The notes: generated by a model from the letters alone, not told the origin. Counted from the stretch's first letter, positions 30,665 through 43,972 are shown. The stretch: 64,000 bases of DNA from a virus (IMGVR_UViG_3300044698_000419:38153-102152); one strand, 5' to 3'. Numbers and translations: made by a program.

Positions 30665-31976
30665 GTTCTTCTCCCTCTCCGTGTTCCTACTTGTCCCGCT
30701 GGAATCTCGGGTTCGTCCCGAGTGGCGGAAGGCCGCCCCAGGGGCCGTGCTTTTCGTGCTCTTCCCTCTCCACCTCGCCCGAAGTGAACTCCCAGGCGTC
30801 CATGAAGTTCTTGATCCAGCCCTCCGTGCGGCCGGAAGCGGCGGCCATCATCCGGTTCGTCTCCCCGAAGTCCGGGTCCCGCTTGTCCTCCGGGATGGCC
30901 AGGACGGCGTCCAGCGTCCGGTCCAGCAGATCCAGCAGCGCGTGGACTTCGGGAACCGTGAGGCAGAAGAGCGGGGCCAGGCGCTGCTCGATGATCTCCT
31001 GCCGAGTGCCCGCCGCACCCTCACCCGGGCGGCAGGTGCACTCCAGCTCAGCGCTCACGCTGCACCACCGTGCAGCCACAGCGGGGCTCGGTCGGCTTCA
31101 GGCAGACCTGACGGTCGCTCTCGGCCAGACCCCACGACCCCGAAGCCGACGTCCAGCCCCGCTCGTAGACCGTCCCGGAATCGTGCACCCGGTAGGTGTT
31201 GTTCGGGTGGAACCCCTTGACCGTGGCGTGCACGTAGACGGGGGAGCTTCCCTCGTGTCCCAGCAGCGCGTCGCGGACCAGGCTCCAGTCCACCTCGCTC
31301 AGCCACTCGAACCGGCCGAAGGGGGTATTGCGGCCCTTGGTCAGCTCCTCGTACAGCGCGGTCACCCGGGCCTCGCTGTCAGGCCCAGACGCCCTGTTCC
31401 ACGGGGCCTCTCCGGTGCGGCGCGTGATCCGCTCCCACGCCAGGATCCCCCGGCTGCGGTCCTCGGGGAACACGAAGTCGCTGACCCAGGCGGTGAGCTG
31501 TTCGTCCCCGTACTCGAAGATCTCGTCATGCGGCGGGATCTTCTCCCCGGCGGCGATCTCCCGCATGAAGTCGGCCAGCTTGGTCTCGCCCCAGATCCAG
31601 TGGATCATCTTGGCCGTGGTCTCGTTCATCCCGTGATTCCCTTCCGTGTGTACTGCCCGTCCCGCTTGATCCAGTCGGACCGCTCGGGGTGATGCTCGAA
31701 GTGGTCGCCACCCTGCGAGAGGCGGCACCCCAGGCAGATCGTCCCGACCTTGACGCACTCGGCGACGCAGATGTGATCGGCCTTCTTCAGGCCGTTGAAG
31801 CAGACCGTCTGGTCCTTGGGCTTCGCTTCGTCCGGCGTCCGGTGCTCGAAGCGCTTCAGCTCCCCTCCGCAGCCGGAACAGCGGGGGCTCTCGTCGCTCA
31901 CGTCTCGTTCTCCTCCCGATCCGATGTGCACTGAACGCCGGGAGCCCGAAGGCTCCCGGCGTCCCGAACGCACCGT

Positions 31977-32420
31977 TCAGAAGCGCTTGCCGTCCCAGTG
32001 GATGTCGCGCTCCGGGTTGTAGGCCCGGACCCACGCGTGGGCCGCCGCCTCGGCCACGGCCACCCGCTTCTCGTCGGGACCGGGCGCGATGAAGGCGTCC
32101 AGGTCTTCGTACTGGATCTCCGACCAGTCCGGCTCCCACTCGTCGGCGTCGTGCGAGGTGGCGTCGTCCTCGATCTCGAACCACACCGACGACTGGATTC
32201 CGAGGTTGTCCAGGTTGGGCTCGTAGCCCATGAACACCTCGATCGAACCGACCTTCGCCTCGACCGCCCGCTCCGGAGCCGTGGCGTAGGCGTGGACCGT
32301 GACCCGGGCACCGGGGAAGTCCGGGTTCACGAACCGAACACTCGACGCCTTCCCGATCTGGTCGTCCCCGCCGGGGTTGCCGTCGTCGTCCCACACCTTG
32401 CCGTGCTGCACCCAGGCCAT
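31977..32420 (-). CDS. Acidic hypothetical protein
   Basis: AGAGGAG RBS; D/E-rich. Confidence 0.65.
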   Translation of the reverse strand: MAWVQHGKVWDDDGNPGGDDQIGKASSVRFVNPDFPGARVTVHAYATAPERAVEAKVGSIEVFMGYEPNLDNLGIQSSVWFEIEDDATSHDADEWEPDWSEIQYEDLDAFIAPGPDEKRVAVAEAAAHAWVRAYNPERDIHWDGKRF

Positions 32421-34289
32421 GATCTTCTCCTCTTCCGTCAGCCCTGCGACTGAACGATCTCCCGGCCACCGACCTCCGGTGCCGTCAGTCGGCTCGATGC
32501 GGGGCACGGGCTGGGGTACTGCGACGTGCACGAGTGGTTCCACTCGGCACGCGGCTCCCACGTGGTCCCGATATCCAGCACCGCTCCCGCCGGGATCCCC
32601 CGGCTGTTCGGCTTCTCCAGCGTGATCACTCGCCGTTCCCCTTCCTCTGCTGCGGAAGCGGCGCGTCCTTCACGCGCTTCCTGGTCTTGGACATAGCCGG
32701 GTGACGGCAGATGCCGCACGCCCGGTCCTTGTGCTTGTCACACAGCCCCTTGTCGGCCATGCCTCGCTCCCTTGCGTCAGTTCTTGCGTACCTCGGTCCA
32801 GCCCTCACGGGTCTCCAGTGCGGAGCCCTGCGGCTTCTGCTCGTGAGGGATCGGCGTCCCGTCGGGGAAGGCGTAGAACCCGCCCTCATCCCGCCGCCGG
32901 GTGACCGTCATCGACGCCACCTCGACGGGCTTCCCGCAGTCCATCGTGAAGACGATGACCTCCGAGATCAGGGGGTAGTTCTCCATCCCCCACGGGATCA
33001 TGAACCCGTTGGCCATCCACACGGCGGCCTCCCGGGCGGCAGACCGCGCATCTGTCTCGAACGGTGCCGCCCACAGGCCCTCGTGCTGGTATCCCCAGTC
33101 GTAAGAGCCCTCCTTGCGACGCCACTTGATCCGCCACGTGTCCCGGAGCCGGTTCACAGTCCGTGCCTCTTCCGGATCTCCTCCGCCTTGCGGGCGATGT
33201 CGTCCCAGTCGTCAGCCATAACGTTCCTCCTTCCGTCTCAGCGTCCGAGGGAGCTGATGAAGTCGACCAGCTCTGCCGAATCCGTCGGCAGCTCACCGCC
33301 GTTCAGCTTCTTCAGCAGCTCGATGGCCAGGTGCTCGGCCTGGTCCCGGCGCAGCGCGACGACCGGGGCCGTCGTTCCGTACCGGCCCGGGTAGGGGAAC
33401 GCGTACTTCCCGTTTGCACACAGGCCGCCCAGTACGATCTCGGTGTTCTCCATCTGGTCGGCCGTGCGGGAATCCTGCTTCGCGCGGAACCCTTCGGCGC
33501 ACTCGGCACCCGTCCGCACCCACATCTGACCGTCCCGCATACCTTCGCTGGTCAGCATCTTCTCCCTCTCCGTGTGCTCTGGATGAGCAGCACTCCCGGG
33601 TGCCCGGCCGGAGCCGGGCACCCTAGGGTGCCTCCCGATCAGAGGTTCGCGCCGCACAGGTGACAGCTCTCGCCGTTCGTGTGTGCGCCCTTCCCGTGGC
33701 TGATCCCGAACTGCCCCGGAGTGAGGACCAGGAACTCCTCCTTCACCCAGCACAGCGGGTTGTGGCCCACCTTGAACAGCTCGTACGCCGCACTCCCAAC
33801 GCCCTCGATCATCGACAGGTCGTAGCCGCGCACGTAGCCGGACAGGAAGGGCAGGGACGCCGCCGATTCCGGGTGCTTCGACGTGTCGATCCGGACGTAG
33901 TCCCCGTCGGCGAACTTCAGCGGGGATCCGTCGAAGTCCTCCCACGGTCCCGGGTTCTTGTTCAGGTTCTGTCCGTGCCTGCATTCCCGATCACTCACCG
34001 GGTCCCCTTTCCAGCATCAGGCCCGTCCCGAAGTAGGCCGCGTACGAGAACATCCCCTGTTCGGTCCAGCCGTCGTCGACCTTCTCGAACTGGAAAACCA
34101 GCTCGGGTGCCCGCATCTCGGCGCACCACACCTCGGCGTCCGCATGGGCCAGCCTCCGGGCCCGTCCCGTCTGGTTGCTGCCGGGCTCCCGGTCGATCGG
34201 GCCTGCCACCGTGATCGTGAAGCTGAACCGGACCGGTCCCTCATGCCCGACGGGCCGCTTGCTCTGCTCCCGCTCGACCGTCAGCGCGC

Positions 34290-34847
34290 TCACGCCTTCG
34301 CCTCCTCGGCGTACGGGGCGAACACCTCGCGGGCCGCGTCCTCCACGTTCTCTCGGCCGATGTAGCCCCAGCACGAGTCCTCGTGCTCCCACGTGTCCAT
34401 CTCGGCACCCCCGTGGTCCTCGCTCACCCAGTGGGTCGACTTCTCGATGATGAAGCCGTAGACCTCACCCTCGGCCCACATCCGGTACTCCCGGATCTCC
34501 GCCTCGATCGCCTTCTCAGCGGGCCACGTGGTCTCGGCCAGCTTTTCGGGGGTGATGTACCAGAACGACCATGCTCCGTCGTGCGGCCGGTCCTCGACGA
34601 CCGTGATGCCGTGGACCATGCGGGCCCACCGGATGAACAGCTTCTCCGAGTCGGCCCGGGTGCTGAAGTAGTCCCACCCGTACTGAAGCGGGCCGCCGTC
34701 CTTGTCGACGTCGATGTACCGCTGCTGCGTCGGCGTGATCACGTTCGTCAGGTTGTCCTGCTCGGTGCGGGGATTGCTGGACTCGCTGTCCTGCTGAACC
34801 TCCACGCGCACCCGGTACTTGCCCGCCGTCTCAAGAACGTCCGTCAT
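34290..34847 (-). CDS. Conserved phage early protein
   Basis: EIREYRMWAEGEVYG...DSCWGYIG pattern recalled from other phages. Confidence 0.7.
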   Translation of the reverse strand: MTDVLETAGKYRVRVEVQQDSESSNPRTEQDNLTNVITPTQQRYIDVDKDGGPLQYGWDYFSTRADSEKLFIRWARMVHGITVVEDRPHDGAWSFWYITPEKLAETTWPAEKAIEAEIREYRMWAEGEVYGFIIEKSTHWVSEDHGGAEMDTWEHEDSCWGYIGRENVEDAAREVFAPYAEEAKA

Positions 34848-35679
34848 GTTCGTCTCCATCTCCGTTTCCGTACTGCCTGATCCCGTACCGCCGGGCCTTG
34901 TCAGGCCCAGCCCCAGTACTCCCTGACCGAAGCCGCGCCCTTGAGGTCCGGGTGCGGCCGTTCCAGATTCGGCGGGTCGTCCCCGTCCGCGTCGTGCTTG
35001 CAGCCGACGTCGTCGCCCGGATAAACGATTCCGTGCCGAATGAACGTCCCGCAGCACGCGCAGTATTCGCACGAGTCGGACTCTCCCAGGATCCCGACCG
35101 TCACCGATGTGTCGTCCCCGAGTTCGATGTCTCCCGGGTCGTTGGCGTCGAGACCGGCCAGGGTCCCCGACGACACGCCGATGGCCTCCAGGACCACCCC
35201 GGCGCACTGCGAGTCACCACACAGGGCGTACGCCGTGTCGGTGTACCCGGAATGCGTGATCAGTACCTCGTACGTCATGTGCTCCCTCTCCTCCCGATCC
35301 GTGTTACCAGCAGACGCTGATCAGGTACTCGCCCGACGGGGCGTCCCCGCTCCGCACCATGGCGGCCAGTACGACGCTCGGGTTCGGACTGTCCCCCTCC
35401 CTGCCGGAGTCCTGCCACTTCTTCAGCTTCCCGGCGTCCCAGTCGTCCAGTTTCCCGGCCGATCCGGTGACCGCGTGAACCGTGTCGTTGCTGGCTTCCA
35501 GCGCGAGAGCTGCCGAGTAGGGAAGGCCGTCGTAGAACTCCGACACCGCCCGGCTGAACTCGCCCTCGTCCACCTCGTGAACGACCTTCGTGGTCATGTC
35601 CATTCGCGTCTTCTCTCTTCCCGATCCGGTGTGGCACGTCAGCGCCCGATCCCGGAGGACCGGGCGCTCCCGAACCCAT

Positions 35680-35691
35680 CGGCCTAGGCCA
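35680..35691. promoter_or_regulatory. Operator palindrome
   Basis: CGGCCTAGGCCA, 2 bp from a minus-strand TACCCT. Confidence 0.65.
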
Positions 35692-37730
35692 GAGGGTATC
35701 TCATCGAGATGTCTCGTACCAGCCCAGAACGGTCCTCGAACCGTCGTCGTATTCGTTCGATCCCCAGACGATCGAGATCACCGAACCGTCCTCCCCGCCC
35801 TCCGTGCCGTCGGGGAGCTGCTTGCGTAGCGGGCCGCCCCGCAGGGGGATCCCGTGTGACAGGCTGTGAGCCAGTTCCTTGGCCACCTCGATCTGCGAGA
35901 GGTCCCGGTCCGTCACCTCCCAGTCGTTCAGGTCCCGGTCGTACGCCGTCGCCGGGTACCTCGTACCGTCCGCCATGCCTTTCCCTTTCCGTCGGTCGTG
36001 CCGAATCAGGAACTCTGCGAAGCCGGGGCGTCCTTGCGGAGTTCTCCGGGGACCTTGCCGTCCGCCGTGACCGTCTCCCACTCGTCGGTGCCCAGCGGGC
36101 ACCGGGAGAGCGAGTACAGCCAGCACTGCCAGATCGGGGAGTGCACGTCGTAGTCCGGGTTCCGGGAGCTGCGAGCGATCTTCCAGAGGTACCCGGAGCC
36201 CTTCGCGGTCCAGTTGCCGTCGCCGTGGTGCACCCAGATCATCTCGGGGGCGTACCCGTCCAGCAGATCGCGGGCGCGGAGCATCCCCACGCCCTGAGCG
36301 AGGGGCGTCCCGTCGGTCCGGAAGACGTCCCACACCTTCCAGTTCCCGCCCGGAACCGCGTCCAGGTATCCGCCCGGCAGGATGGTCCGCGAACCGCTCC
36401 CGTCCACCGCCAGGGCGATCATCTCGTCCGGCGGGTAGAGCGCGGTCCTGCGAACGGGGTTCCGCTTGCCTTCCTCGTACCGCATGTACGTGACGGTGAG
36501 CCATCCGTCCTTGTCGAACGAGACGCCCTCGGCGCGCTGGAAGTCGGTGGCGTGGTGCGGGGTCCCGTGGTCCGGCCAGTACCGGCGGACCAGAACGGAG
36601 CCCTTGACGATGCGGTCCCGCAGCCGGGCGACGGTGTCCTCGATCATGTGCGTCATGGAGTTCAGCCCTTCAGCTTGTCGCGGTCCGCCACGTGGCCGAA
36701 CGTGAGGGCCGGGGGCGAGGCGTTGAAGTGGGAGTACAGGTGCTCGACCGTGCGCGTGGCGAACGCGTTCAGTGCCCGCTGCGAGTCCGTGGTGTAGGTG
36801 CCGTAGTGGACGTCCCCATACGGGTCGGCCGTGAGAACGGCGTACTCCCGCTTGTGGTCGTCCCACGCCAGGACCGTCCCCTTGCGCCGCTCCCCGCCCC
36901 CGGCGGCGTTCACGTACTGCACGGCCAGGACGATCAGCCCCAGGCCGACGATGTCCCCGCACTTGATCGTCTGGTAGCCCTGCTGAGAGATGAGGGCGTC
37001 GATCAGTTCGCCCCTCTCCTCCGGGACCATGACCACGTGCTCGGTCTGCGCCCACGACGGGTGATCGCTGTCCGTCACGGTCGCCTTGCCGATGCGCAGC
37101 ACGGTGTTCCCGCTCGGCGACTGCTCCACCGCTCCGATGACGCTCGGGTTCGGCGCGTACTCCGAGGGGCCGACGTCCAGTCCCAGGATCCTCTTCAGCT
37201 TCTTGATCACGTCGTTCTCCTTCTCCGTCTTGCGTTTCGTCCCACCGTGGAACACGTCAGCGCCCGGCCCCCTCCGGGCGCTCCCGAATCACGCGGTAGT
37301 GATCAGCCCTTGTCCTGCTCGAACTCGAACATCTCGATCTTGTCCCGGTCGACCGAGATCTCGGTGATCATCACCTTCAGGTCGGGACCGAGGTAGGTGT
37401 CGATGGAGTAGCAGTCGATCTCCTGCACTCGCTCCCGCGCCGCCGACCGCGTCATGCCCTTGACCCGGATCACTCCGGTGATCTCGACGTCGAAAGCGGA
37501 TTCACCCACCGTCCCGTCGTCGGCGACGTCCGGGGAGTGCGCCTCCCGCTCTTCTGCCGTGCCTTCGATGTCGTCCCACCCGAACAGGCCCGCGATGAAC
37601 TCCGCCATGTCGGTCCCGGTGTCATGTTCGGCATCGTTACTGCCGTCCTCCCCGGCCGCAGCGTTCCACCGTTGCAGGAGTTCCCGTGCCTCATTGATCC
37701 GCTCGGTGCTCATGTTCCCGTTTCTCCCCT

Positions 37731-38213
37731 TCACCAGTTGTTCTTGTTGAACCAGACCAGCGTGCCGCCGGGCTCCGTCTCTCCGCAGACCTCACCGTCC
37801 GGGATCCCGTTCTCCGCGTACCAGATGTGGTACTCGTCGTCGGTTTTGAGACCGACCAGCTTGTACCCGTGGTCGTCGGCGTACTCCTCGGCCAGGGTGC
37901 GGAAGTCCGACACCGTCTCGCCCCGGTATGTCGCCAGTACCCGCAGGAACTCCGCCGGGGTGAACGCGTCCCGGTCCTCGGCTTCCAGGGCGCTGATAGC
38001 CCCGTAGATCACATCGGCCGTCGGTTCCTGCGCTCCGTCACCCTCACCCACGACCAGGACCCCGTACACCTCGTTGCACAGCCATGCCCCGAGCTGTCCC
38101 GCCGTGCCGGGCGTGTTCTCCTCCGTGTCGATGGGGCATTCGGCCCACTCCTCGGCCGCTCCCGCAGCCTCACGCCACATGTCGACCGTGTTCGGTGCGT
38201 CCGTCGTGATCAT
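37731..38213 (-). CDS. Acidic ArdA-like antirestriction candidate
   Basis: D/E-rich; YRGETVSDFRTLAEEYADD and terminal GGTLVWF recall ArdA. Confidence 0.45.
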   Translation of the reverse strand: MITTDAPNTVDMWREAAGAAEEWAECPIDTEENTPGTAGQLGAWLCNEVYGVLVVGEGDGAQEPTADVIYGAISALEAEDRDAFTPAEFLRVLATYRGETVSDFRTLAEEYADDHGYKLVGLKTDDEYHIWYAENGIPDGEVCGETEPGGTLVWFNKNNW

Positions 38214-38605
38214 GTCTCGTTCTCCTCTTCCTCGATGATCCGGAAAACCCGGTTCCCGATCCTCACCATCAGGCCCGTGTGCTCTCGCGTGGAGCCCGAC
38301 GCCTTGAACATGTCGGCCGCCCCGTGCAGCAATCCGTACTCGCCCCTCTCCCGGGCCGCCGGGCGGCCGGAAAGGGCGATCAGGTAATGGCCCATCGCCT
38401 TGCCCGCAGACACCCGGCTCCGATGCCGGATGACCGTGTGCGGCACCCTCCCGCCGCCCGGGGGCGGCTCTTCGTCCTTGAACACCCAGTGCACGGGCAC
38501 GTCCTCCGCCACCCACATGCGCCCCTGTCTCCCTTCCGTCCGTATTCCACGGCCGCACATCCCGGGTCCCCCATCCCGTGATGTACGACCGAAGCACGCG
38601 GCCGG

Positions 38606-39307
38606 TCAGCCCTGGCACGACCCGTCACAGAACGTGGACTCCCCGATGCCCACGCCCGACGTCAGCGTGCGGTCGTCGTCGTAGTGACCCTCGCACCGGG
38701 TACGCCGGATCAGTTTCTCGGCGATCTCCCGCACCCGCTTGTCCCGAAGCGTCTCCGGGAACCAGTACTCCCCGGTGTCCACGACTCCGTACTTCGGTCG
38801 CGGGGAGACCTTGATCTCCTCGGATCCCGACAGAACCTCCCCGTCCTCGTCCCAGAGCATCACGGTGTACGTGGTGAAGTCATCCGTCATCGTCGTCGCG
38901 ACGATCCGGATCTTGCGCTCCGGCTTGTGGTCGGGGCACGGCTCGACGAACGTCTCGCCCGTCTCGAAGTTCTCCGAGACGTCACAGCCGTTGCCGTCGG
39001 CCGCGCAGTCCATCCATGCGGGCATCAGGGACAGCTCCCCGGCGTCCCAGCGGAACACCCATCCCTCCGGGGCCTGCTCTTGCAGGTACTCCGTCGCCGC
39101 GTCCACGAACCCACCGTCGTCCCCGTTCGCGTCCTCCCACGTGTCCGAGTCGCCGTGGTTCGCCTCGAACGCCGCCCACCCCTCGGCGTACTCTTCCGGC
39201 ACCGTCCATCCGAACGAGATCGCCCGCTCGACGCAGCGGTACCCGTTCGTCCAGCCGTGCGCCCCGTCCAGCCACGTCCCGTGGTCCGCCGTGCTGATCT
39301 TCGCCAT
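38606..39307 (-). CDS. Acidic hypothetical protein with Cys/His clusters
   Basis: Coding-like; C-terminal CEGH...FCDGSC. Confidence 0.65.
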   Translation of the reverse strand: MAKISTADHGTWLDGAHGWTNGYRCVERAISFGWTVPEEYAEGWAAFEANHGDSDTWEDANGDDGGFVDAATEYLQEQAPEGWVFRWDAGELSLMPAWMDCAADGNGCDVSENFETGETFVEPCPDHKPERKIRIVATTMTDDFTTYTVMLWDEDGEVLSGSEEIKVSPRPKYGVVDTGEYWFPETLRDKRVREIAEKLIRRTRCEGHYDDDRTLTSGVGIGESTFCDGSCQG

Positions 39308-40665
39308 GTCCCTACTCCCGTCCGTCAATGCTGAACACGAACCCCGTCGGCCCGTGTTTCATCTCCCACTTGCGCGGTGACCGCGCCAACTTCTCGGCGA
39401 ATTCCCGTGCGTCCAGATAGGGCACCGGGTTATCGATCCAGAACGCCGGATCGGCGTTCATCAGAACCACCATCGCGCCGTACGCCGACACCTCAAGCAT
39501 GATCGTCGGATCCCGCACGACCGGTTCACCGTCCGGCGGCGTGACCGTCAGACGCCACGTCACCCAGATTCCAGAAGCCCCCGGGCCCGCTTCGCGCCGC
39601 GCGTCTCCCAGTCGTCGAAGGTCTTACGGTCCGCCTTGGTGGCACCCGGGCCGCGCGTGTACGCCACCTGTACGGCGAGGAGGAATTCCCCGTCGTCCCC
39701 GTCCGGCGTGATCCCGTTCTCGCGCATCCACGCCATGGCGGCGGCGGAGTAGTAGGCGCACGCCTGCCGGGCTCCCGTCGGCCCGTACCAGACCTGCATC
39801 AGGTGCGCGTCGAAGTACCGCGTCCCGTTGCCCTGGTCACTCCCCGTGGTCTCCAGGGCGAACTTCCCGTCCGTGATCCGCTTGACCCGCTCCCCGACCT
39901 CTCGCACCAGCGCGGGGGTGAACTTGATTCGTGCCGCTTCCATCTGTTTCGTCCCTTCCGTCTTGTTCATGACCATTCGTCTGATCAGGAACACACTGGA
40001 AGGTTCGGAGCCCGGCCGGAACCCGGCCCCGAACCCTCCCGAATGCCTCAGATCAGGCGCTCTGCCTCTGCCCCACCCTGCGGGCCGCCGCCCGACGGTC
40101 CTCCATCGGGATCATGACGCTCCCGGCGTCCGCCGCGTCCTTCTCGGCCAGCCTCTCGCCCCCGTCCACCCGGAACCGCTCACCCCGGGCCGTCTCGTCC
40201 AGCCACACGGGCTCCCCGAACTCCGGACCGGGGAACAACCGACGGACCGCCCACGCGTGCGCGTCCCGGCCGTCCAGCCCGTGACGGTAGGGGTAGGGGA
40301 ACGTCCCCGTCGCCCCGTCCTGCGCCGTGACCTTGATCCGGTCGTCCATCGTGTCCGTCGCGTCCAGCTTCCGCGTCTCGACGATCATGTTCCGTCCCTC
40401 TCCTCGTACTGATCCGGGAATGCCCAGAAGTTGTAACCCGATCCCGTCGGCCGCGCCCCGGCAAGCACGACCGGGCACCCGGCCACCTCCCGGGCCATGC
40501 TGACGTGAGCGGGGAAGTGATCGTTCAGGAACGTCCCGCCCGGAAGTTCGTCCAGGGGGCGGATCCCGCTACCCTCCCCGCCCTCCGTGACGATCGCCTC
40601 CACCCGTTCCGGCGCGGACTCCCCGGCCGCCCGGCGGTACGTCCAGATGGTCAGGCGTCGCTCGC

Positions 40666-41154
40666 TCACGCGTCCGGGGCCCGGTGAATCAGCGCCCATC
40701 CGGCCGCCTTGGACTCCGCCGGGTAGTCGGCGTGGTCGCAACGCTCCGATGCCGTCCACTCGTCGCACGGCATCCCGTCCGTCCCGTCCTCGCAGACGGG
40801 CGGCTGCATCTCGACAGAGACGACCGCCCACAGGCCCGGCGTCTCCCGAATGTGCTCTTCCAGGTCGGTCCCGAAGTGCGCGCGTCCCTCGTCGAAGATG
40901 AAGAGCGTCCCGGGTCCCGCCCATCCGGTGAGTGCGCGCCACCCGTTCTCGATCCCGTCCAGCGCCGCGCGCTCGTGCTCTTCCAGCACATCCGGCATGT
41001 CCCACTCGCCCGACCAGTCCAGGTCGATCGACTCCGGCGCGTACTCGGCCAGGGTGGGCGGCGGGTACGCGGCCGTCTCGTACGTCCCGTCAGCCTTGAC
41101 CAGCACGGGCAGAGCCGACGGGCCGTGCAGCAGTTCATCCAGGGTCTTGACCAT
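40666..41154 (-). CDS. Acidic hypothetical protein
   Basis: Very D/E-rich, strong RBS. Confidence 0.65.
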   Translation of the reverse strand: MVKTLDELLHGPSALPVLVKADGTYETAAYPPPTLAEYAPESIDLDWSGEWDMPDVLEEHERAALDGIENGWRALTGWAGPGTLFIFDEGRAHFGTDLEEHIRETPGLWAVVSVEMQPPVCEDGTDGMPCDEWTASERCDHADYPAESKAAGWALIHRAPDA

Positions 41155-43703
41155 GATCAGTTTCTCCCTCTTTCCGAATTCGTCCGGACCGCCCGGCACC
41201 ACGGACCCGCACGGAATCGCCCCCGTGCAGGCCCGAAGCGCGCCGCTCCGTCACATCCACACCGGCACGAGCCGGTACGGCTCCGCCGGGACCATCCCGT
41301 ACGTCCGCAGGAACGCGGCGATGTCTCCCCACCCGTCCCGGCCGCCGCGTCCCGCCGAACGGCGCAGTTCCGTGAGAGTGAAGGTGTACAGGTCACCCCG
41401 GAACAGGGGCGCATCCCACAGGCGTTCGGTGATCCCGCGCACCACGCCGTCAGCACTTCGCGCCCGGTCCTGCGCCCCCTCGCAGAGCGACCCCGGGATG
41501 ACGTAGTGCCTGCCGATGCAGATACGGTCCCGGGATTCCAGCCGACGATGCAACTCTTCCCGTGCTTGGTCGATCACGTCGGAGATCCGGGATTCCATGA
41601 CCCACAACGGCTGGATCTCTTCCGTGTCGGGCAGTCCGAACAGATCCCCGGCGTCCATGCGCGCCGCCCGCCACAGCCACCGCTCACCGGCCGCCAGGGG
41701 GTACAGGTACGTGTGTTTCATGCCGTCACCCCTCGTGTCCCGGTCTCCCGTACCGCCATGTCTGCACGTGCCATGAACGCGCCGGTCACCGCCGGGAAGT
41801 CGTCCGTCGTCATGGTGGCCTTGACGTCACCCTCCGCCGTGACGATCCACAGCACGTACCGCATTCCCGTACCGCTCCCCGTCGGTCGCTGCGTCAGCAA
41901 CACTCCCGCGAACCCGTAACCGGAGTGCAGCACCTTGAACACGTCGTGCACCTCCGCCCGGCTGTTCACGATCTCGTCCCCCGGCTGGATGAACGCCGCC
42001 ACCCGGTCCGTCGTCGTCGCTTGCATCTCTCTCCCTCTCCGTCGAACCGTCACCACACGGACGGACGCGGGATGAATCCCGCTCCCGCCCGAACAGCGGC
42101 GCTCCGTGTCAGACCGTCGGCCGACCGGCCGTGATCAGCTCGAACACCGGGTGTGCCGGGTACTCCCGGCCGCCCCCGTGATAGGTCGGCGGATCGACTT
42201 CCGCGCCCTCGGCTTCCGCCATGGCCCGGCGGACGTCCCCGACGTCCAGACCCGTGTACGCGGCGGCCAGGCGCACGGTCACGGCGTGGTCAAGAGTGAT
42301 CCGGGCGATCGTCTCGGGGTTCCCGGTCTTCCGCGCTTCCGGGATCAGGTGATCCGTCCACATGACCGCACGGGCGAGACTCCATTCCCAGTACGTCACG
42401 GAGTCGTCGTACGTGGCGGCCTCCCCGTCCGCGTCACAGCGCTTGAAACGGGTCCGGGTGTCCAGCAGGCGCACGTATCCGCGCCGGTCGATCCCGTCCC
42501 GCCAGAACGCCTCCCAGGTGGGACGGATCCCGCGCTTCGCCTCCCCGTTCGCGTAGCCACTGGCCAGATGCGCGATGCGCCGGAAGATCGTCACCGCGTC
42601 CTGCGAAGCCTGGTTCAGGTACCCCGGCTCACCCGGCTTGGGCCGCGCGTCGTGCACGGTCTTCGCCTTGATCAGCATGTCCGCGAGTGCCCCGTGAAAG
42701 CCCTTGACCGTCTGTCCCATGATCCCGTTTCTTCCTTCCGTCCGGCCCCGTGTAGGGCCGGTTCCCGCCGATCACGTGAGGTGAACCGGCTCCGTCACTT
42801 CCGGACCGTGCACACGAGCGACGCCATGCGGCGGCACACCGTGCAGTCAACGGCCGTGAGCGCGGTCCCCGACGACCAGACCGACATGCGGTTACCGAGG
42901 TTCCGCGACGCCGGGCAGTACCCCTGCGGCACCCCTCCCGGCACGTGATTGAGCAGGATGTGACCGCGCATGTCCATCCCGGGCACCTTGCCGTAGTCCC
43001 GGGTACGGAATCCGGGCACGCCCACCGTGATCGTCAGGTCCGACGACGGAAAGTGCCTACCGCCGTCCGTGTCGTACCAGAACGGCGCGGGCTTGACCCG
43101 TCCGTCATGGCTCCCGGGCGTCGCGCTCAGCGTGTCCGCGACCACGAAACCGCCTGCCGTCTGAATCAGGGCACCGCGATTGACCAGGTTGTAATGCGTG
43201 CGCGTCGTGTCCATGTCTCTTCTCTCCCTCTCCCGTCCGGTGATGCACTGGAATGCCGGGCCCCCTCCCGGCACTCCCGAACGCCACGGGTCAGGCGTCA
43301 GCCCTTGACGGTCGTCCGGTACTTCCCGGCACCGATGTGCTTCCGGATCCGGTTCTGTACGCCCGACGTCTGCGGCGAGTAGTCCACATCAGGCACGACC
43401 CATCCACCGTCGCGCCCGTCGATCCACGCTACGGCGGTCCCGTAGTGGTAGATCACGTGCGACGCGTGCGCCGTGTCCGCGTCCCACTCGGCCGGAAGCT
43501 GCGTCAGCGGCTCCAGGGGGAACGGGCTCACCTGCGCACCGCCCCGGGGGAGACGTCCGTACTCCACTCCCCGTGCCGACTCGATCACCAGCATGAACGA
43601 ACGCCACTGGTCATTGCCCGCCGCCGCGTTCCGCTTTTCCTTGGCCATGTCCCGTACTCCCTTTCCGAATTCCTGCCGTACCGGTCTGCCGTGCGTGGTC
43701 GGG

Positions 43704-43946
43704 TTACTTCTCCCGCGTGTACGAGTCGAACCACGGGCCGGACCGGCGCGTACGCCGCTTCCCGTTCTCCGTGGTGCAAGTGCTCGACGACGTCTCGGGG
43801 TCGTTGCAGTGCGCCTGAGCGAGCGCGAGGGTAAGGCCCGTCTTGATCTCGAACTTCCGTCCCGAATCCCGGAAGTGCCGGACGATCTTGTACGTCTGCC
43901 CGTCGTCCTCGGTGCCCGTCTCGACGTCCGCCGCGTTGTCCGCCAT
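43704..43946 (-). CDS. Conserved small phage protein
   Basis: YKIVR...GLTL..AQAHCNDPETSS...WFDSY. Confidence 0.7.
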   Translation of the reverse strand: MADNAADVETGTEDDGQTYKIVRHFRDSGRKFEIKTGLTLALAQAHCNDPETSSSTCTTENGKRRTRRSGPWFDSYTREK

Positions 43947-43972
43947 GTCCCGTCCCTCTCCTCGTTTCCGTT

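Noticed and set aside
33617-33632. Other CCTAGG sites (33617, about 45852, about 49421) as operators
   Set aside because: Flanks do not fit YGR...YCR; they appear to be hairpin arms
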